64,000 nucleotides of DNA from an uncultured delta proteobacterium (GCA_963803435.1 CAWDML010000003.1:1028664-1092663); one strand, 5' to 3'; counted from the stretch's first letter, positions 1-10,306 are shown. The notes: a model not told the origin generated them from the sequence alone. Translations and numbers: made by a program.

Positions 1-26
1 AGGAGGCCTTCGAAGCCGAGCGGAAG

Positions 27-743
27 GTGACGTTCGCGAAGGTCTACCGCGCCACGGTCGATCCCAAGAACGTCCGCTTCGATCCCTACGACGCCGAGGC
101 AGGCGCGCTTCCGGTGGCGACCGAGCGGGCGCTGCCGGCCCTCGACGGTGCGCTCCTCCTCACGGTGATGGACCGCCAGGGCGCTGCGTTCGAGGTGAAG
201 GTGGACGAGGCGAAGCGGCTCGTCGAGCAGGCGAGCCAGAAGCAGCTGCGCCTCGCGGTGACGTTTCAGGTCGACGACCATCTCGCCGACCAGGTCAGCC
301 CCTGCTTCAGCTATCCGAAGAGCGAGAGCGCCTCGCTCCGCGTGCGACCGCTCCGCTATGCGCTCCTCGACTCGGGAGGCCAGGAGCTGGCCGCGGTCTC
401 CACCCCACGCATGGAGGCGCTCGACGAATGGCTCGAGCACAAGGGCGCGAAGACCGAGCTCTCGAGCCACGTCGTCAACGGCGTCGTCAATCAGGCGGCG
501 CTCGATCGGGCGATCGAGGGGAAGCGGAGCGCGGTCGACGCCTGTCTCGAGCGGGCCGGCGATGCGCCCTCGTTCGGCCTGCTGGCCGCCGTCGCGGGCG
601 GGAAGCTGGCGGACGTCAAGGTGGAGATGGAGGCGTCCGACGATCCCGACGCGGCGGCATGCCTGGCACGCACGCTGGCGGGGACGGCCGCACCGCGGGC
701 TTCGGGCGGCGCGTCGGTCAGCGTGGTGGTCTCGCGCGAGTAG
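27..743 (+). CDS. hypothetical protein, no family recognised; possibly 5'-truncated by the window edge
   Basis: 238-aa ORF with the GC3-rich codon usage of the real genes here. The frame stays open back to nt 3, and the listed GTG start lies 20 nt after AGGAGG at nt 1-6, so the true start is uncertain. Confidence 0.45.
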   Translation: MTFAKVYRATVDPKNVRFDPYDAEAGALPVATERALPALDGALLLTVMDRQGAAFEVKVDEAKRLVEQASQKQLRLAVTFQVDDHLADQVSPCFSYPKSESASLRVRPLRYALLDSGGQELAAVSTPRMEALDEWLEHKGAKTELSSHVVNGVVNQAALDRAIEGKRSAVDACLERAGDAPSFGLLAAVAGGKLADVKVEMEASDDPDAAACLARTLAGTAAPRASGGASVSVVVSRE

Positions 744-784
744 CCGGGCAGGGCATCGGAAGAGATCGCGGGGCGGGCGGCAGG

Positions 785-1345
785 TCAGCCCGGACGCCAG
801 AACACGCGGATCCCGGCGACGCCCTCGACGCCGGTGGCGAGCACGGCGTCGACGTCGTCCACTCCGATCCCGCCGAGCGCATAGATTCCTCCGGCGACGG
901 CGGCCTCGCGCAGCGCCGGGAGCCCGAGCGGCGCGCCCTTGCCCGGGCTCGGGAAGACCGGTGAGAGCGTCACCAGATGGGCCCCCTCGCGCCGGCGTGC
1001 GATCGCGTCGGCGGCGGTATGGGCCGAGGCGCCGATCGAACGGCCCGGTCCGAGCAACGCCCGCGCGTCCTCAACCTTCAGGCCGTCCTCGGGCAGGTGC
1101 ACGCCGACACCGTCGAAGCAGAGCGCGAGGTCGGCGCGGCTGTTCACCAGGAGGCGGGCGCCCGACATCGAGGGGAGCAGCGCTTCGATCCAGCTGAAGA
1201 GCTCGCGCACGGGTAGGTCCTTCTCGCGAAGCTGGATTGTGAGCGCGGGTCCGTAGCGCCTGCAGAGCGCGCGGATCGCGTCCACCGGATCGGGTCCCAT
1301 CAGGCGGCGGTCGGTGATGGCGTAGAGCGCGCGGGCGCGGATCAA
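785..1345 (-). CDS. thiE: thiamine-phosphate synthase
   Basis: 186 aa. YAITDRR...IQLREKDL...GASAHT...[12 protein letters not shown]...ALGGI matches the ThiE/TMP-TENI pattern. The start overlaps the thiG stop by 4 nt. Confidence 0.85.
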   Translation of the reverse strand: MIRARALYAITDRRLMGPDPVDAIRALCRRYGPALTIQLREKDLPVRELFSWIEALLPSMSGARLLVNSRADLALCFDGVGVHLPEDGLKVEDARALLGPGRSIGASAHTAADAIARRREGAHLVTLSPVFPSPGKGAPLGLPALREAAVAGGIYALGGIGVDDVDAVLATGVEGVAGIRVFWRPG

Positions 1346-2106
1346 GAGATCAGGCCTTCGAGGGGCGAGGACGCGGTGGCGTACAGCTTCCTCGGCACTC
1401 GCCCGGCGAGGAAGGCCTTGCGCCCGGCGATGACGCCGTCGCGCATGGCTTCGGCCATGAGCAGCGGATCGCGGGCGCCGGCGATCCCGGTGTTCATGAG
1501 GACGGCGGTGACGCCGAGCTCCATCGCGACGGCCGCGTCGGAGGCTGTCCCGACGCCGGCATCGACGATCACCGGAACCTTGGCTTGCTCGAGGATGATG
1601 CGGAGGTTGTACGGGTTCCGGATCCCCAGCCCCGAGCCGATCGGCGCCGCCAGCGGCATGACCGCCGCACAGCCCAGCTCCTGCAGTCGGAGCGAAGCCA
1701 CCGGATCGTCGGTGATGTACGGAAGCACGTGGAAGCCTTCCTTCACCAGCGTCGCGGCCGCCGCCAGGGTCTCGGGGACGTCGGGGAAGAGGGTGGCCGG
1801 GTCGCCGATGACCTCGAGCTTCACAAAGTCGGTCATGCCGGCCTCGCGCGCCAGGCGCGCCGTGCGGACCGCGTCGTCGGCGGTGTAGCAGCCCGCGGTG
1901 TTGGGGAGCAGCTTCACGCCCTCGGGGATGGCGGACAGGATCGAGTCGCTGCCGGTCAGGCTGACGCGGCGCACCGCGACGGTCACGATCTCAGCGCCCG
2001 AGCGGACGATCGCCTCCCGCGTCTCGGCCGCGTCGCGGTACTTGCCGGTGCCGACGATCAGCCGCGAGCGGAACGTGTGGCCGGCGAGTTGAAACGTGTC
2101 GTTCAT
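1342..2106 (-). CDS. thiG: thiazole synthase
   Basis: 254 aa. N-terminal [19 protein letters not shown] and full-length ThiG-like sequence ([36 protein letters not shown]). Confidence 0.95.
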   Translation of the reverse strand: MNDTFQLAGHTFRSRLIVGTGKYRDAAETREAIVRSGAEIVTVAVRRVSLTGSDSILSAIPEGVKLLPNTAGCYTADDAVRTARLAREAGMTDFVKLEVIGDPATLFPDVPETLAAAATLVKEGFHVLPYITDDPVASLRLQELGCAAVMPLAAPIGSGLGIRNPYNLRIILEQAKVPVIVDAGVGTASDAAVAMELGVTAVLMNTGIAGARDPLLMAEAMRDGVIAGRKAFLAGRVPRKLYATASSPLEGLIS

Positions 2107-2310
2107 TCAGACTCCTCCACCGACGAAGGAGACGATCTCGACCTGGTCCCCCTCCGAGAGGATGCGGTGGTCGAGCTGGTCCCGACGGATCACGTCGAGG
2201 TTCACCTCGACCGCGACGCGCGCCTCCTTGATCGAGAGCGCCTGGAGCAGCGCGCGCACGCTGACGCCCTCGGCGATCTCACGCCCCTCACCGTTGACGG
2301 TGATCCGCAT
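2107..2310 (-). CDS. thiS: sulfur-carrier protein ThiS
   Basis: Internal start MRITVNGE (Met36 of the 102-aa track ORF) gives 67 aa ending ...EIVSFVGGGV, the C-terminal GG hallmark of ThiS. The stop abuts the thiG start. The longer N-terminal extension would overlap the upstream gene. Confidence 0.8.
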   Translation of the reverse strand: MRITVNGEGREIAEGVSVRALLQALSIKEARVAVEVNLDVIRRDQLDHRILSEGDQVEIVSFVGGGV

Positions 2311-2342
2311 CGGGGCGAGCAGAGTCCGGGCGAACGGACGAG

Positions 2343-5300
2343 TCAACCGGCAGTGTCGAGGATCCCGCGCGCCGTGTCCTTCATGTCGTCGGGCGCGTTG
2401 GGCAGGTCGATGCACTTCTTCAACGCCTTGCGTGCGTCAGGGGTGAGGCGTCCCCGGCTCTTCGCGATCCCGAGCTGGCACCAGGCGTCGCCGCGGTTGG
2501 CATCGGCGCGAACCGCGCGCTCGTAGTACTTCGTGGCGTCCTTGTCCTCGCCGCGACGGCTGAGAATGTTTCCAACCTGCAGGAGCGCTTTCGCGTTGTT
2601 CGGATCGAACTTGATCGCCTTCTGGAACGCCTCCATCGCGTCCGAGTCCTTGTTCTGGCGCGTGTAGGCTTCGCCGATGTCGGCCCAGATGGTCCGATCC
2701 TCGGGCCGGGACTCCTGATACTTCCGGAAGGCATCGAGCGCCTTGTCGAACTGGTGCCGCTCGATGGCGGTCCATCCCAGGGCCCGATGCGCGTTGGCGA
2801 GGCGGCTGTTGAGGCTGACGGCCTTCTCGTAGGCGGTGATCGCCTCGTACAGGGAGTTGTTCGCCTCGAGCACGCGCCCCAGCCAGTACTGATACTCGGC
2901 GTTGCGCGGCTCCAGCTCGGCCGCGTTGCGCATCGCCTGCGCCGCGTCGTCGTTGCGCTTCTCGCTCAGCGCGGCGCGGGCCTCCCAGAAGAGCACGTCG
3001 GCGCGGCGCTCCCCGCCTGCGAGCTCGATCTTGTGGGCCCTGGCCAGCGAGGCCTTCGCCTTCTCCAGCTCCGGCGGAGTCCGGTCGAGGAAGGCGGCCA
3101 CCATCTTGAGGTGCGGGCGGACGTCCTTCTCGTCGAAGGAGGCGGCCTCCTCGTAGAGCGCGAGCGCACCGGTGAGGTCGCCTTCGATCTCGAGCGCACG
3201 ACCGTACTCGAAGAGCACCGTGGGGTTCTTGGGCGACTGGGCGAGCGCTGCCAGGTAGACGGGGATCGACTCGGCCAGGCGGGTCGAATCGGACGGCTTG
3301 CGCTCGCGGAGGGCCATGTCGCGGAGTGCGTTGGCGCATCCGACCTGCGCGGCCACCAGCTCATCGTCGAGCTCCATCGCCTGCTGGAAGGTCGCGAGGG
3401 CCTCCTCGAGCTGGTTGCGCCGCGCGTAGCACTCGCCGAGGAGCACGTGCGCGACCGCGTTGTTCGAAGCCAGCTTGACCGCCTGGGTCGCGTCGTCGAA
3501 CGCCGCGTCGACGTCGCCGAGCGAGAGCTCGATGCGACCCAGCTCGATCAGCGGCATCGGATCGTCGCGGGCGAGCTTGATCGCGCGGGCGAGCGCGCCA
3601 CGGGCGTCGGTGATCTTGCCGAGCTTGATGTTGAAGCGCGCCTCCCAGAGGGACACGCGGTGATCCTTGGGCAGCGCGGTCCGGGCGCTCTCCAGATCGA
3701 GGAACGCCTTGGCGACATCGTCGAGCGCGAAGAAGACGCGGGCCCGCGCGATCAGGAGGTTGCCGTCGTTCGGCGCGCGCGCGATGTTCACGCCGATCCG
3801 CTGCTGCGCCTCGTCGAGCTTGCCGCTCTCCGCCAGCGCCGCCGCCGCCGTGGCCACGTACGCGTTGTTGGTGGGATCGAGGCGCGCGGCCTCGAGCGCC
3901 GCCTCGACCGCCCGCGGATCGCTCAGCATCCCGGCGTCGTCGAAGGCGACCGCGGTGGCGTTGAGGAAGCTCGCTCGATCCGTCGGCGGCAGCCCTCGTT
4001 CCGCCTTGCTGGCGGTGATGGCCATGGTCCGCCGGCGATCGCCGTAGCGGTTCAGCGCCTTGAAGATCGCGGAGGCCATCACGCCCGAGCGTGCGTGCGC
4101 CGGCTGGGCCTCGAGGGCCTTCATGTACCAGACCGCGGCGTCGTCGGCCGCGGTCGGCGACTCGCTCGCCGCCACCACGTCGCCGATCGCGTGGAGCGCC
4201 GGGGCGTAGTTGGGGGCGGCGACGATGGCCTTGTCGAGGGCCTCGAGCGCGCCCGGGACGTCGTTCAACTTGAAGCGGGCGAGGCCGAGGAGCAGCGCCA
4301 GCTCCTTGTCGTCGCTCCGTTGCTCGAGCAGCGCGGCCAGCTGGCTCGCCGCCGACTCGGCCTGTCCCGTGAGGATCTCCAGCGCCGAGCGGGCCTTGAG
4401 GATCTCCACGTTCGCGGCGGCGGCGTTGCCGCCCATCGCCTTGGCGAGATCGACGGTGTTGAGCGCGTCGACGCTCTTCTTGAGCTCCGCGATTGGGAAG
4501 TCCTTCTCCCCGTAGGCCAGGGTGGCGAAGCCGCGCGCCTTGGCCTCCGCCAGCATGTTGTCGGGGAGGCCGGGCCCCGCCTGCTCGATCGTCGCGAAGA
4601 CCGAGCGGAAGGCCTCGTACGAGTGCTCGTCGATCAGGTTGGCGATCTCCTTGGGATCGGCGACCTTCGGCGGCGGGGGCGGCGGCTTCACCGGCTCGGG
4701 GGGCGGAGCCTCGCGGGTGATGGCGGCGATCAGGCCTTTGACTCCGAACGCGCCGTACGGCGTGAAGAGCTGCGTGAAGACGCCGATCAGGACGGCGACG
4801 ATCACGGCCAGGAAGATCAGGATGGGCTTTCGATAGGTCTGCCAGATCGGCGGCAGGTCCGGGATCTCGCCCACCTCGAGCTCGTCGTCGCCGCGGGGGC
4901 GCGCGCGGGGCTCGCGGGGCGGCGGCGCGCCGGAGGGCGCATGGACCGCAGGATCCTCTTCCTCCAGATCGAGGCTGGTGAACGTGGGATCGGCGTATGA
5001 GGGACCCGGCGGCGGCGGAACGGGGGCGCTGCGCGCGGGCGCGTTGGACTCGAGCCCGAGATCCAGATCGGCGCCTATCCCCAGATCGACGTTGCCGAAC
5101 GCCAGCATCGGATCGGAGCTCGCGGCGGCGGCTTGGTTGATCGCCTGGTTGAGCTCCGGGTGGCTCGTCATCGCGCGCCAGGAGACGCCGTCCTCCGAGA
5201 TGTCCTCGTTGCCGGTGTACTCGGCGTTCCTCAGCATCGCGAGGATCCGGCCCAGACCTACCGGACCTTCGACGCGGCCGTTCCGGCGGCGCACCTTGAA

Positions 5301-5756
5301 CTCGGGCTGCGCCGCGCCGTGGCCAATCCCCCCGGCTTTCTCGGCGGTGCTGTCGATGAAGTCGAGGACGCCGCTCTCGTTCAGCGTCCGGCCCTTCGGC
5401 GCCGGCGGCGGAGGCTTGGCGAGGCCGGGCAGGTTGCGCGGGCCCGGGAAATCCATTCCGCGGGGGACGGGAAGGTTGTCGCCGGAGTCGTCGAGCCCGA
5501 GGTCGAGGTCGTCGAGGAGATCGTCCGAGGCGCCGTGCTTCTTGGCGACCGCGCCCGGGAGGGCGACGGCGCTGCTCTTCCGGCCAGGGAGCGGAACAGG
5601 GTTACTGCTACGCGTACCCGGCAGCGCCACCGCCTCTTCGCGCTTCGCGACGAAGGTATGGGCGCACTTGGGGCACTTGATGGTGACGCCGCTGGGCGGC
5701 ACACGGCTGTCGTCCACCGAGTATTTGGTTTGGCAGGACGGGCACGAAACGTTCAT
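2343..5756 (-). CDS. MJ0042-type zinc-ribbon / GYF-like / single-TM / TPR-repeat protein
   Basis: 1137 aa. N-terminus MNVSCPSCQTKYSVDD...IKCPKCAHTF (double CxxC zinc ribbon). Next comes a Pro-rich linker, a GYF_2-like segment (FKVRRRNGRVEGPVGL...WRAMTSHPEL), a hydrophobic helix ILIFLAVIVAVLIGVF, then about 700 aa of TPR-like repeats. Confidence 0.85.
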   Translation of the reverse strand: MNVSCPSCQTKYSVDDSRVPPSGVTIKCPKCAHTFVAKREEAVALPGTRSSNPVPLPGRKSSAVALPGAVAKKHGASDDLLDDLDLGLDDSGDNLPVPRGMDFPGPRNLPGLAKPPPPAPKGRTLNESGVLDFIDSTAEKAGGIGHGAAQPEFKVRRRNGRVEGPVGLGRILAMLRNAEYTGNEDISEDGVSWRAMTSHPELNQAINQAAAASSDPMLAFGNVDLGIGADLDLGLESNAPARSAPVPPPPGPSYADPTFTSLDLEEEDPAVHAPSGAPPPREPRARPRGDDELEVGEIPDLPPIWQTYRKPILIFLAVIVAVLIGVFTQLFTPYGAFGVKGLIAAITREAPPPEPVKPPPPPPKVADPKEIANLIDEHSYEAFRSVFATIEQAGPGLPDNMLAEAKARGFATLAYGEKDFPIAELKKSVDALNTVDLAKAMGGNAAAANVEILKARSALEILTGQAESAASQLAALLEQRSDDKELALLLGLARFKLNDVPGALEALDKAIVAAPNYAPALHAIGDVVAASESPTAADDAAVWYMKALEAQPAHARSGVMASAIFKALNRYGDRRRTMAITASKAERGLPPTDRASFLNATAVAFDDAGMLSDPRAVEAALEAARLDPTNNAYVATAAAALAESGKLDEAQQRIGVNIARAPNDGNLLIARARVFFALDDVAKAFLDLESARTALPKDHRVSLWEARFNIKLGKITDARGALARAIKLARDDPMPLIELGRIELSLGDVDAAFDDATQAVKLASNNAVAHVLLGECYARRNQLEEALATFQQAMELDDELVAAQVGCANALRDMALRERKPSDSTRLAESIPVYLAALAQSPKNPTVLFEYGRALEIEGDLTGALALYEEAASFDEKDVRPHLKMVAAFLDRTPPELEKAKASLARAHKIELAGGERRADVLFWEARAALSEKRNDDAAQAMRNAAELEPRNAEYQYWLGRVLEANNSLYEAITAYEKAVSLNSRLANAHRALGWTAIERHQFDKALDAFRKYQESRPEDRTIWADIGEAYTRQNKDSDAMEAFQKAIKFDPNNAKALLQVGNILSRRGEDKDATKYYERAVRADANRGDAWCQLGIAKSRGRLTPDARKALKKCIDLPNAPDDMKDTARGILDTAG

Positions 5757-5859
5757 CGCGGTCGATCTCGGGACGGCTTGGGAACGCTACCAGGAGGTCG
5801 GAGTCCTGTCGATGTGGCCGACCTTGACGGGTTTTGGGCTGGCGGTTATCTGACCCGGA

Positions 5860-6570
5860 ATGGCCCAAGCTGGTTTCTTCAGTCGGCTCACCAACCTGTG
5901 GAAGGGTTTTCTTTCACTCTGGGTCGCAGACTTGGAGAAGGAGCACCCCGAGATCGCGTACGAAAACTCGATCAACTCGATGATCGAAAAGTACGGGACG
6001 CTCAAGAAGGCGACCGCCGCGATCATCCGGCGCCGCGAGGACGTCGAGACGCGGCTCGCGAAGCAACGTCGAGAGCTCGCGCAGGTCGACGGCGATCTCA
6101 ACACCGCCATCGAGCAGGAGGAGGACGAGCTGGCCCTCATCCTGATCAACAAGAAGAACACCCTCGAGGGTGAGATCGGCGAGCTGACCGCCGATCTGGA
6201 GCAGGCGCGCACGGACGCCGAGGACGCGAAATCGTCGCTCCTCAACGTGCAGGCCGAGATCAACAAGCTGAAGACCGAGAAGGATCGGATGCTCGCCAAG
6301 ATGGAGAGCGCCAAGGCGCGCATCAAGGTCCAGGAGCAGCTCGACGGACTGTCGGTCGACGCCGAAGTCGCCGCGCTCGACAACGTCCGCCAGCACATCA
6401 ATCAGCTGTCGGCCGAGGCAAAGCTCAACAAGGAGCTCTCCGGCGAGTCGCTCGAGGGCCGCCTCAAGAAGCTGCGCCAGCAGACCGGCGACGTCACCGC
6501 GAAGAAGCAGCTCGACGAGCTGAAGGCGAAGCGCGCCGCCGCCAAGGCCGGCCAGCAGAAGACGATGTAG
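5860..6570 (+). CDS. pspA: PspA/IM30 (phage-shock protein A / Vipp1) family protein
   Basis: 236 aa, fully coiled-coil. N-terminal amphipathic FFSRLTNLWKGFLSLWV, then heptad-rich sequence ending in a basic tail. Architecture and length match PspA/IM30. Confidence 0.7.
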   Translation: MAQAGFFSRLTNLWKGFLSLWVADLEKEHPEIAYENSINSMIEKYGTLKKATAAIIRRREDVETRLAKQRRELAQVDGDLNTAIEQEEDELALILINKKNTLEGEIGELTADLEQARTDAEDAKSSLLNVQAEINKLKTEKDRMLAKMESAKARIKVQEQLDGLSVDAEVAALDNVRQHINQLSAEAKLNKELSGESLEGRLKKLRQQTGDVTAKKQLDELKAKRAAAKAGQQKTM

Positions 6571-6638
6571 CCGAGCGCCACCCGATGTCGTTCTCCGTTG
6601 ACTAACCCCCGCGGAATGGGCCAAACACCCTCCCGCAC

Positions 6639-6712
6639 GCACCCATAGCTTAGCTGGATAGAGCGCCGGACTACGAATCCGGAGGTCGGCCGTTCGAATC
6701 GGTCTGGGTGCG
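6639..6712 (+). tRNA. tRNA-Arg(ACG): tRNA-Arg, anticodon ACG
   Basis: Cloverleaf read by hand. Acceptor GCACCCA/TGGGTGC, D-arm TAGCTTAGCTGGATAGAGC, anticodon stem CCGGA/TCCGG with loop CTACGAA, T-arm GGCCG-TTCGAAT-CGGTC, discriminator G. No encoded CCA. Confidence 0.9.
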
Positions 6713-6872
6713 CTTCGACCCGAGTTGTTCCCTCGGCGGACATGGGAGGTCCAACCTGTTTCCGCCTTGGACCATCCTCACCCGAAACCTGTCTCTCCCC
6801 TGCTGGCCCGTGTCCTGCTACCGATTCCACACCGTACCTTCCAGCCATTCAGGCTGGGCCTCCCAGACGGTG

Positions 6873-6904
6873 GAAGGGCGAGTGCTGCCGGGCTCTCGCC
6901 CTTC
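6873..6904 (+). other. perfect 10-bp inverted repeat hairpin in the non-coding tract downstream of tRNA-Arg
   Basis: GAAGGGCGAG-tgctgccgggct-CTCGCCCTTC. A second 6-bp hairpin, CCAGCC-attca-GGCTGG, lies at 6841-6857. No T-tract follows either hairpin. Confidence 0.4.
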
Positions 6905-7001
6905 CGACCGGACTTCCTCGGGGATGATTTCTCCTCGGATTCCGTAGGACTGCACGAGGTTGCGCCGAGATCGGCGCAGCTTGTTAGGATCCGCCGGAGC
7001 C

Positions 7002-7808
7002 ATGCGCCTCGCCGTCCTCGCCCTCCTCTTGGCCGCCTGTGCGAGTCAACCGCCGCCGCGCGCGCGGCCGGCGGCGCCGCCCCAAGCGCAGCCCACCGCC
7101 AAGAAGGGCGATTACTCGGGACCCGTCTGGTTCGATCCGGAGGGCAAGAAGGTCCTCCGCAAGAGCGACGAGAAGATGGGCAAGATCGCGATCGAGCACA
7201 AGTTCGCCGCCGAGATCTCGGTGGACGGGCAGCGCGTGGCGACCGCGCCGTACACCGGAGAGATCGCGCTGGTGGCCGGTCCGCACCGCATCACGATCCA
7301 GGAGCCGGGGTGCGCGCCGCGCGACCTCGACATCACCGTGCCGGAGGGCGAGCAGGCGCTCCCGATCAACACAGTCGGGCCGTGCCTGCCGCCGGGCACG
7401 GTGGCGGTCGCTCCGCCGCCCCCCCCGCCGCCGGGGCTCGATCCGAATCAACAGCTCGTCTATCAGCAGCAGAGCAACACGCCGGCGTGGATCGTGACGG
7501 GCGTGGCCGGAGCGCTCGTGATCGCGGGCGGGGTGTTCATCGGGACCCATGTCGCCGCCGCCAAGCGTCGCGACAAGCTGATCGAGGAGGATCCCAATCG
7601 CTTCGACGCGCGTCCGGTGCGCAAGGCGGACAACGAGGCCTACGTGTGGAGCATCGCTTCGGTGTCGTCGTTCAGCGGGGCTGCGGTCGCGCTGACCACC
7701 GCCATCATCCTGTTCGTCACGAATTCGGACGAAGCGCCACCCGACTATAACTTCGGGACCGGAACCGCCGGGGGCGCACGGACGCTCACGTTCGATCTCG
7801 GCTTTTGA
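7002..7808 (+). CDS. lipoprotein with PEGA-like domain and C-terminal TM segment
   Basis: ATG at 7002 gives MRLAVLALLLAAC (lipobox). PEGA-like stretch PYTGEIALVAGPHRITIQEPGCAPRDLDITVPEGE. Hydrophobic helix WIVTGVAGALVIAGGVFIG. Confidence 0.6.
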   Translation: MRLAVLALLLAACASQPPPRARPAAPPQAQPTAKKGDYSGPVWFDPEGKKVLRKSDEKMGKIAIEHKFAAEISVDGQRVATAPYTGEIALVAGPHRITIQEPGCAPRDLDITVPEGEQALPINTVGPCLPPGTVAVAPPPPPPPGLDPNQQLVYQQQSNTPAWIVTGVAGALVIAGGVFIGTHVAAAKRRDKLIEEDPNRFDARPVRKADNEAYVWSIASVSSFSGAAVALTTAIILFVTNSDEAPPDYNFGTGTAGGARTLTFDLGF

Positions 7809-7813
7809 CTTCG

Positions 7814-10306
7814 ATGCGCTGGCTTCTCGTCATCTGTGCCGTCTCGCTCCTCGGGGCGTGCCGCAAGAATCCCGAGTGCTTCGGAACCAGCGAGTGCGAG
7901 CCGGGCACCGTCTGCTTCGAGAACGCCTGCGTGGATCCCAAGGACGCGGACGCGGGTGTCGTCACCTTCTGGCAGGACGTCGAGCCGATCGTCTCGACAC
8001 GCTGTCAGACCTGCCACACGGATCCGCCGCAGAACAGCGCGCCGTTTCCTCTCCTGGACTATCGCGACACCCAAGGCGACTCGATGGGCCAGCCGATCTA
8101 TCGGGTCATGGCGTCGCGGGTGCGCGATCAAGGCAATCCCATGCCGCCGCGCCCGAACGCATCGCTGGCCCCGCGCGAGCAGGACGTGATCGCGGCCTGG
8201 GCGCAGAGCGGCGCGCCGGAGGGCCTTCCGCCGTTCTCGTGGGTGGCGGACGTGGAGCCGGTGGTGCGCGCCAACTGCCAGGGCTGTCACTCGAACCCGC
8301 CCCAGAACGGCGCACCGATGCCGCTCGTGACCTTCGCCGACACGCAGATCCCGAGCCGATCGGGCCGCCCGATCTGGGAGACGATGGGGCGGCGGACGAG
8401 CAGCCTGACCGCGCCGATGCCGCCCCCGGGGGCGGGCACCCTCGACGCCAATGGCCGCCGGATCATCCGCGTCTGGGCGGCCACCGGCGGGCCGGAGCGT
8501 CCGTCGGGCGGGACCGTCGCCCCGTACGACGCGGGTGTGCCCACCGGGACGAGCCCGCTGGTCGGCGTGGGCGCGCCGCAGTCGATCACCTCCGGGTATC
8601 AGTCGATGGAGGGGCTCGCGTGGGATCCGGTCGGCGGCGTGCTGTACTTCTCGGACGTCGGGGAGCGCACCATCTACCGGCTGACCCCGCCCACCATCGT
8701 CGATGTGTTGCGGAGCGAGAGCGACGCGGCGCGCGGGCTGCGCGTGGATCAGGACGGCAACGTGGTGGCCGCCGAGATCGCAGCGCGCCGGGTCACGCGA
8801 CAGACGCCCGGAGGCGCGACCACGGTCGTCGCCGATCGCTTCCGGGCCAATCGGTTCAACTCTCCCGCCAACGTGGCGGTGCGGATCTCCGACGGGACGG
8901 TGTACTTCACGGATCCACCGCTCGGTCTGGTGACGGCGCCGCGCGAGCTCCCGTACGCGGGGCTGTTCCGCGTCACGCGCCAGGGCTCGGTGTTCGTCGA
9001 GTGGCAGGGGGTCGAAGGCACTGCGCCCACCGGTGTGACGCTCTCGCCGGACGAGCGATCGCTCTATCTCGTCGATCGTGTCGACGGCGTGATCCGAGCG
9101 TTCGACGTCGCTTCGGGCGGCGAGCTCGCCAACGAACGGGTCTTCGCATTCACGGGAACGACGCCGCAGGGGGTCACGGTCGATCGAAACGGCAACGTCT
9201 ACGTGGCGACCGCCTCCGGTATCGAGGTCTACTCGCCGGAGGGGGCGCCCTGGGGCACGCTCTCGACGCCGGCGACGCCCACCGACGTGGCCTTCGGCGG
9301 GGCCGCGCTCGACACGCTCTACGTGGCCACGGCCGGCGCGCTGTACGCGATCCAGGTCGCGATCCCCGGCACCGACTGGGGCCGCAGCGCCGAACCCCCG
9401 GACGCAGGCATGCCGGACGGCGGCCCGCGCCCCGACGGAGGCACGCCCGACGCGGGACCGGCCAACCCGGTCACCGGAGCCGGGAGCTATCAGTTCATCC
9501 AGGGCGGCTTTCGCTTCCTCGACGGACCCGAGTGGTCGGCCGTCGATCAGCGGCTGTTCTTCTGCGACTGGGGCGCGGGCGGCGACGTGATCTATCAGTA
9601 CGACGGGACCGTCACCATGTTCCGCATGCCGGGCCGGCAGTCGGCGGGGCTGGCACTCGATCCTTCGACCGGCGATCTGATCGCGGCCGAGATGGACACG
9701 CGGCGCATCACGCGCACGCCGTCCGGCGGCGCCGCCGCGTCGCTGGTGGAGCGCTATCAAGGCAATCTATTCAATGGACCCAACGACGTGGTGGTACGGA
9801 GCGACGGCACCATCTACTTCACGGATCCGCCGTACGGGCTGATGGGGCGGCCGCGCGAGCTGGGGTTCAACGGGCTGTTCCGGATCCCGACCGCCTCCAC
9901 GGCTGCGGTGCTGGAGTGGCAGGGCGATCAGTTCCAGGATGAGCCGAACGGCGTCGAGCTGTCGCCGGACGAGATGCGCCTCTACGTCTCCAACACCACG
10001 CGCAACGAGGTCAGCGTGTTCGACGTGATGCCGGACGGCTCGCTCGCCAACCGGCGCCAGTTCGCGCAGACGCTCTCGATCCCGGACGGCATGGCGATCG
10101 ACGCCGACGGCAACCTCTACGTGGCGGCGCGCGACGGGATCCAGGTGTTCCGTCCCGACGGCACGGCCTGGGGAACCATCGCGAACCCGCCGGGCGTACG
10201 CGGTACCAACCTGGTCTTCGGCGGGTCCAACCTGCGGACGGTGTTCCTGACCACGCCCACCGATCTGTACCGGTTCCAGGGCGCGGTGGCGGGATGGAGC
10301 CGATGA
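7814..10306 (+). CDS. lipoprotein with 2x CXXCH (PSCyt1-like) modules and 2x SMP-30/gluconolactonase/LRE-like beta-propellers
   Basis: ATG at 7814 gives MRWLLVICAVSLLGAC (lipobox). Motifs WQDVEPIVSTRCQTCH and VADVEPVVRANCQGCH. Two propeller regions carry FNSPANVAV..DGTVYFTDP and FNGPNDVVV..DGTIYFTDP. Confidence 0.8.
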   Translation: MRWLLVICAVSLLGACRKNPECFGTSECEPGTVCFENACVDPKDADAGVVTFWQDVEPIVSTRCQTCHTDPPQNSAPFPLLDYRDTQGDSMGQPIYRVMASRVRDQGNPMPPRPNASLAPREQDVIAAWAQSGAPEGLPPFSWVADVEPVVRANCQGCHSNPPQNGAPMPLVTFADTQIPSRSGRPIWETMGRRTSSLTAPMPPPGAGTLDANGRRIIRVWAATGGPERPSGGTVAPYDAGVPTGTSPLVGVGAPQSITSGYQSMEGLAWDPVGGVLYFSDVGERTIYRLTPPTIVDVLRSESDAARGLRVDQDGNVVAAEIAARRVTRQTPGGATTVVADRFRANRFNSPANVAVRISDGTVYFTDPPLGLVTAPRELPYAGLFRVTRQGSVFVEWQGVEGTAPTGVTLSPDERSLYLVDRVDGVIRAFDVASGGELANERVFAFTGTTPQGVTVDRNGNVYVATASGIEVYSPEGAPWGTLSTPATPTDVAFGGAALDTLYVATAGALYAIQVAIPGTDWGRSAEPPDAGMPDGGPRPDGGTPDAGPANPVTGAGSYQFIQGGFRFLDGPEWSAVDQRLFFCDWGAGGDVIYQYDGTVTMFRMPGRQSAGLALDPSTGDLIAAEMDTRRITRTPSGGAAASLVERYQGNLFNGPNDVVVRSDGTIYFTDPPYGLMGRPRELGFNGLFRIPTASTAAVLEWQGDQFQDEPNGVELSPDEMRLYVSNTTRNEVSVFDVMPDGSLANRRQFAQTLSIPDGMAIDADGNLYVAARDGIQVFRPDGTAWGTIANPPGVRGTNLVFGGSNLRTVFLTTPTDLYRFQGAVAGWSR

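Noticed and set aside
2311-2420. TPP riboswitch expected upstream of thiS-thiG-thiE
   Set aside because: Only about 32 nt separate thiS from the upstream gene. Reading the minus strand by eye I could not find the conserved CUGAGA / ACCUGAUCUGGAUAAUGCCAGCG-type elements. A covariance-model scan would be needed to be certain.
2754-5000. 748-aa plus-strand ORF (and similar ORFs at 5133-6173 and 4978-5853) opposite the zinc-ribbon/TPR gene
   Set aside because: This is an antisense shadow ORF typical of high-GC DNA. The translation is Arg/Gly/Leu/Val/Asp-rich with no motifs, while the minus-strand frame has clear zinc-ribbon and TPR features.
6639-7001. tRNA-Arg as the attachment site of a genomic island
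   Set aside because: No integrase gene and no direct repeat of the tRNA 3' end were seen. The downstream genes look like ordinary lineage-typical lipoproteins.
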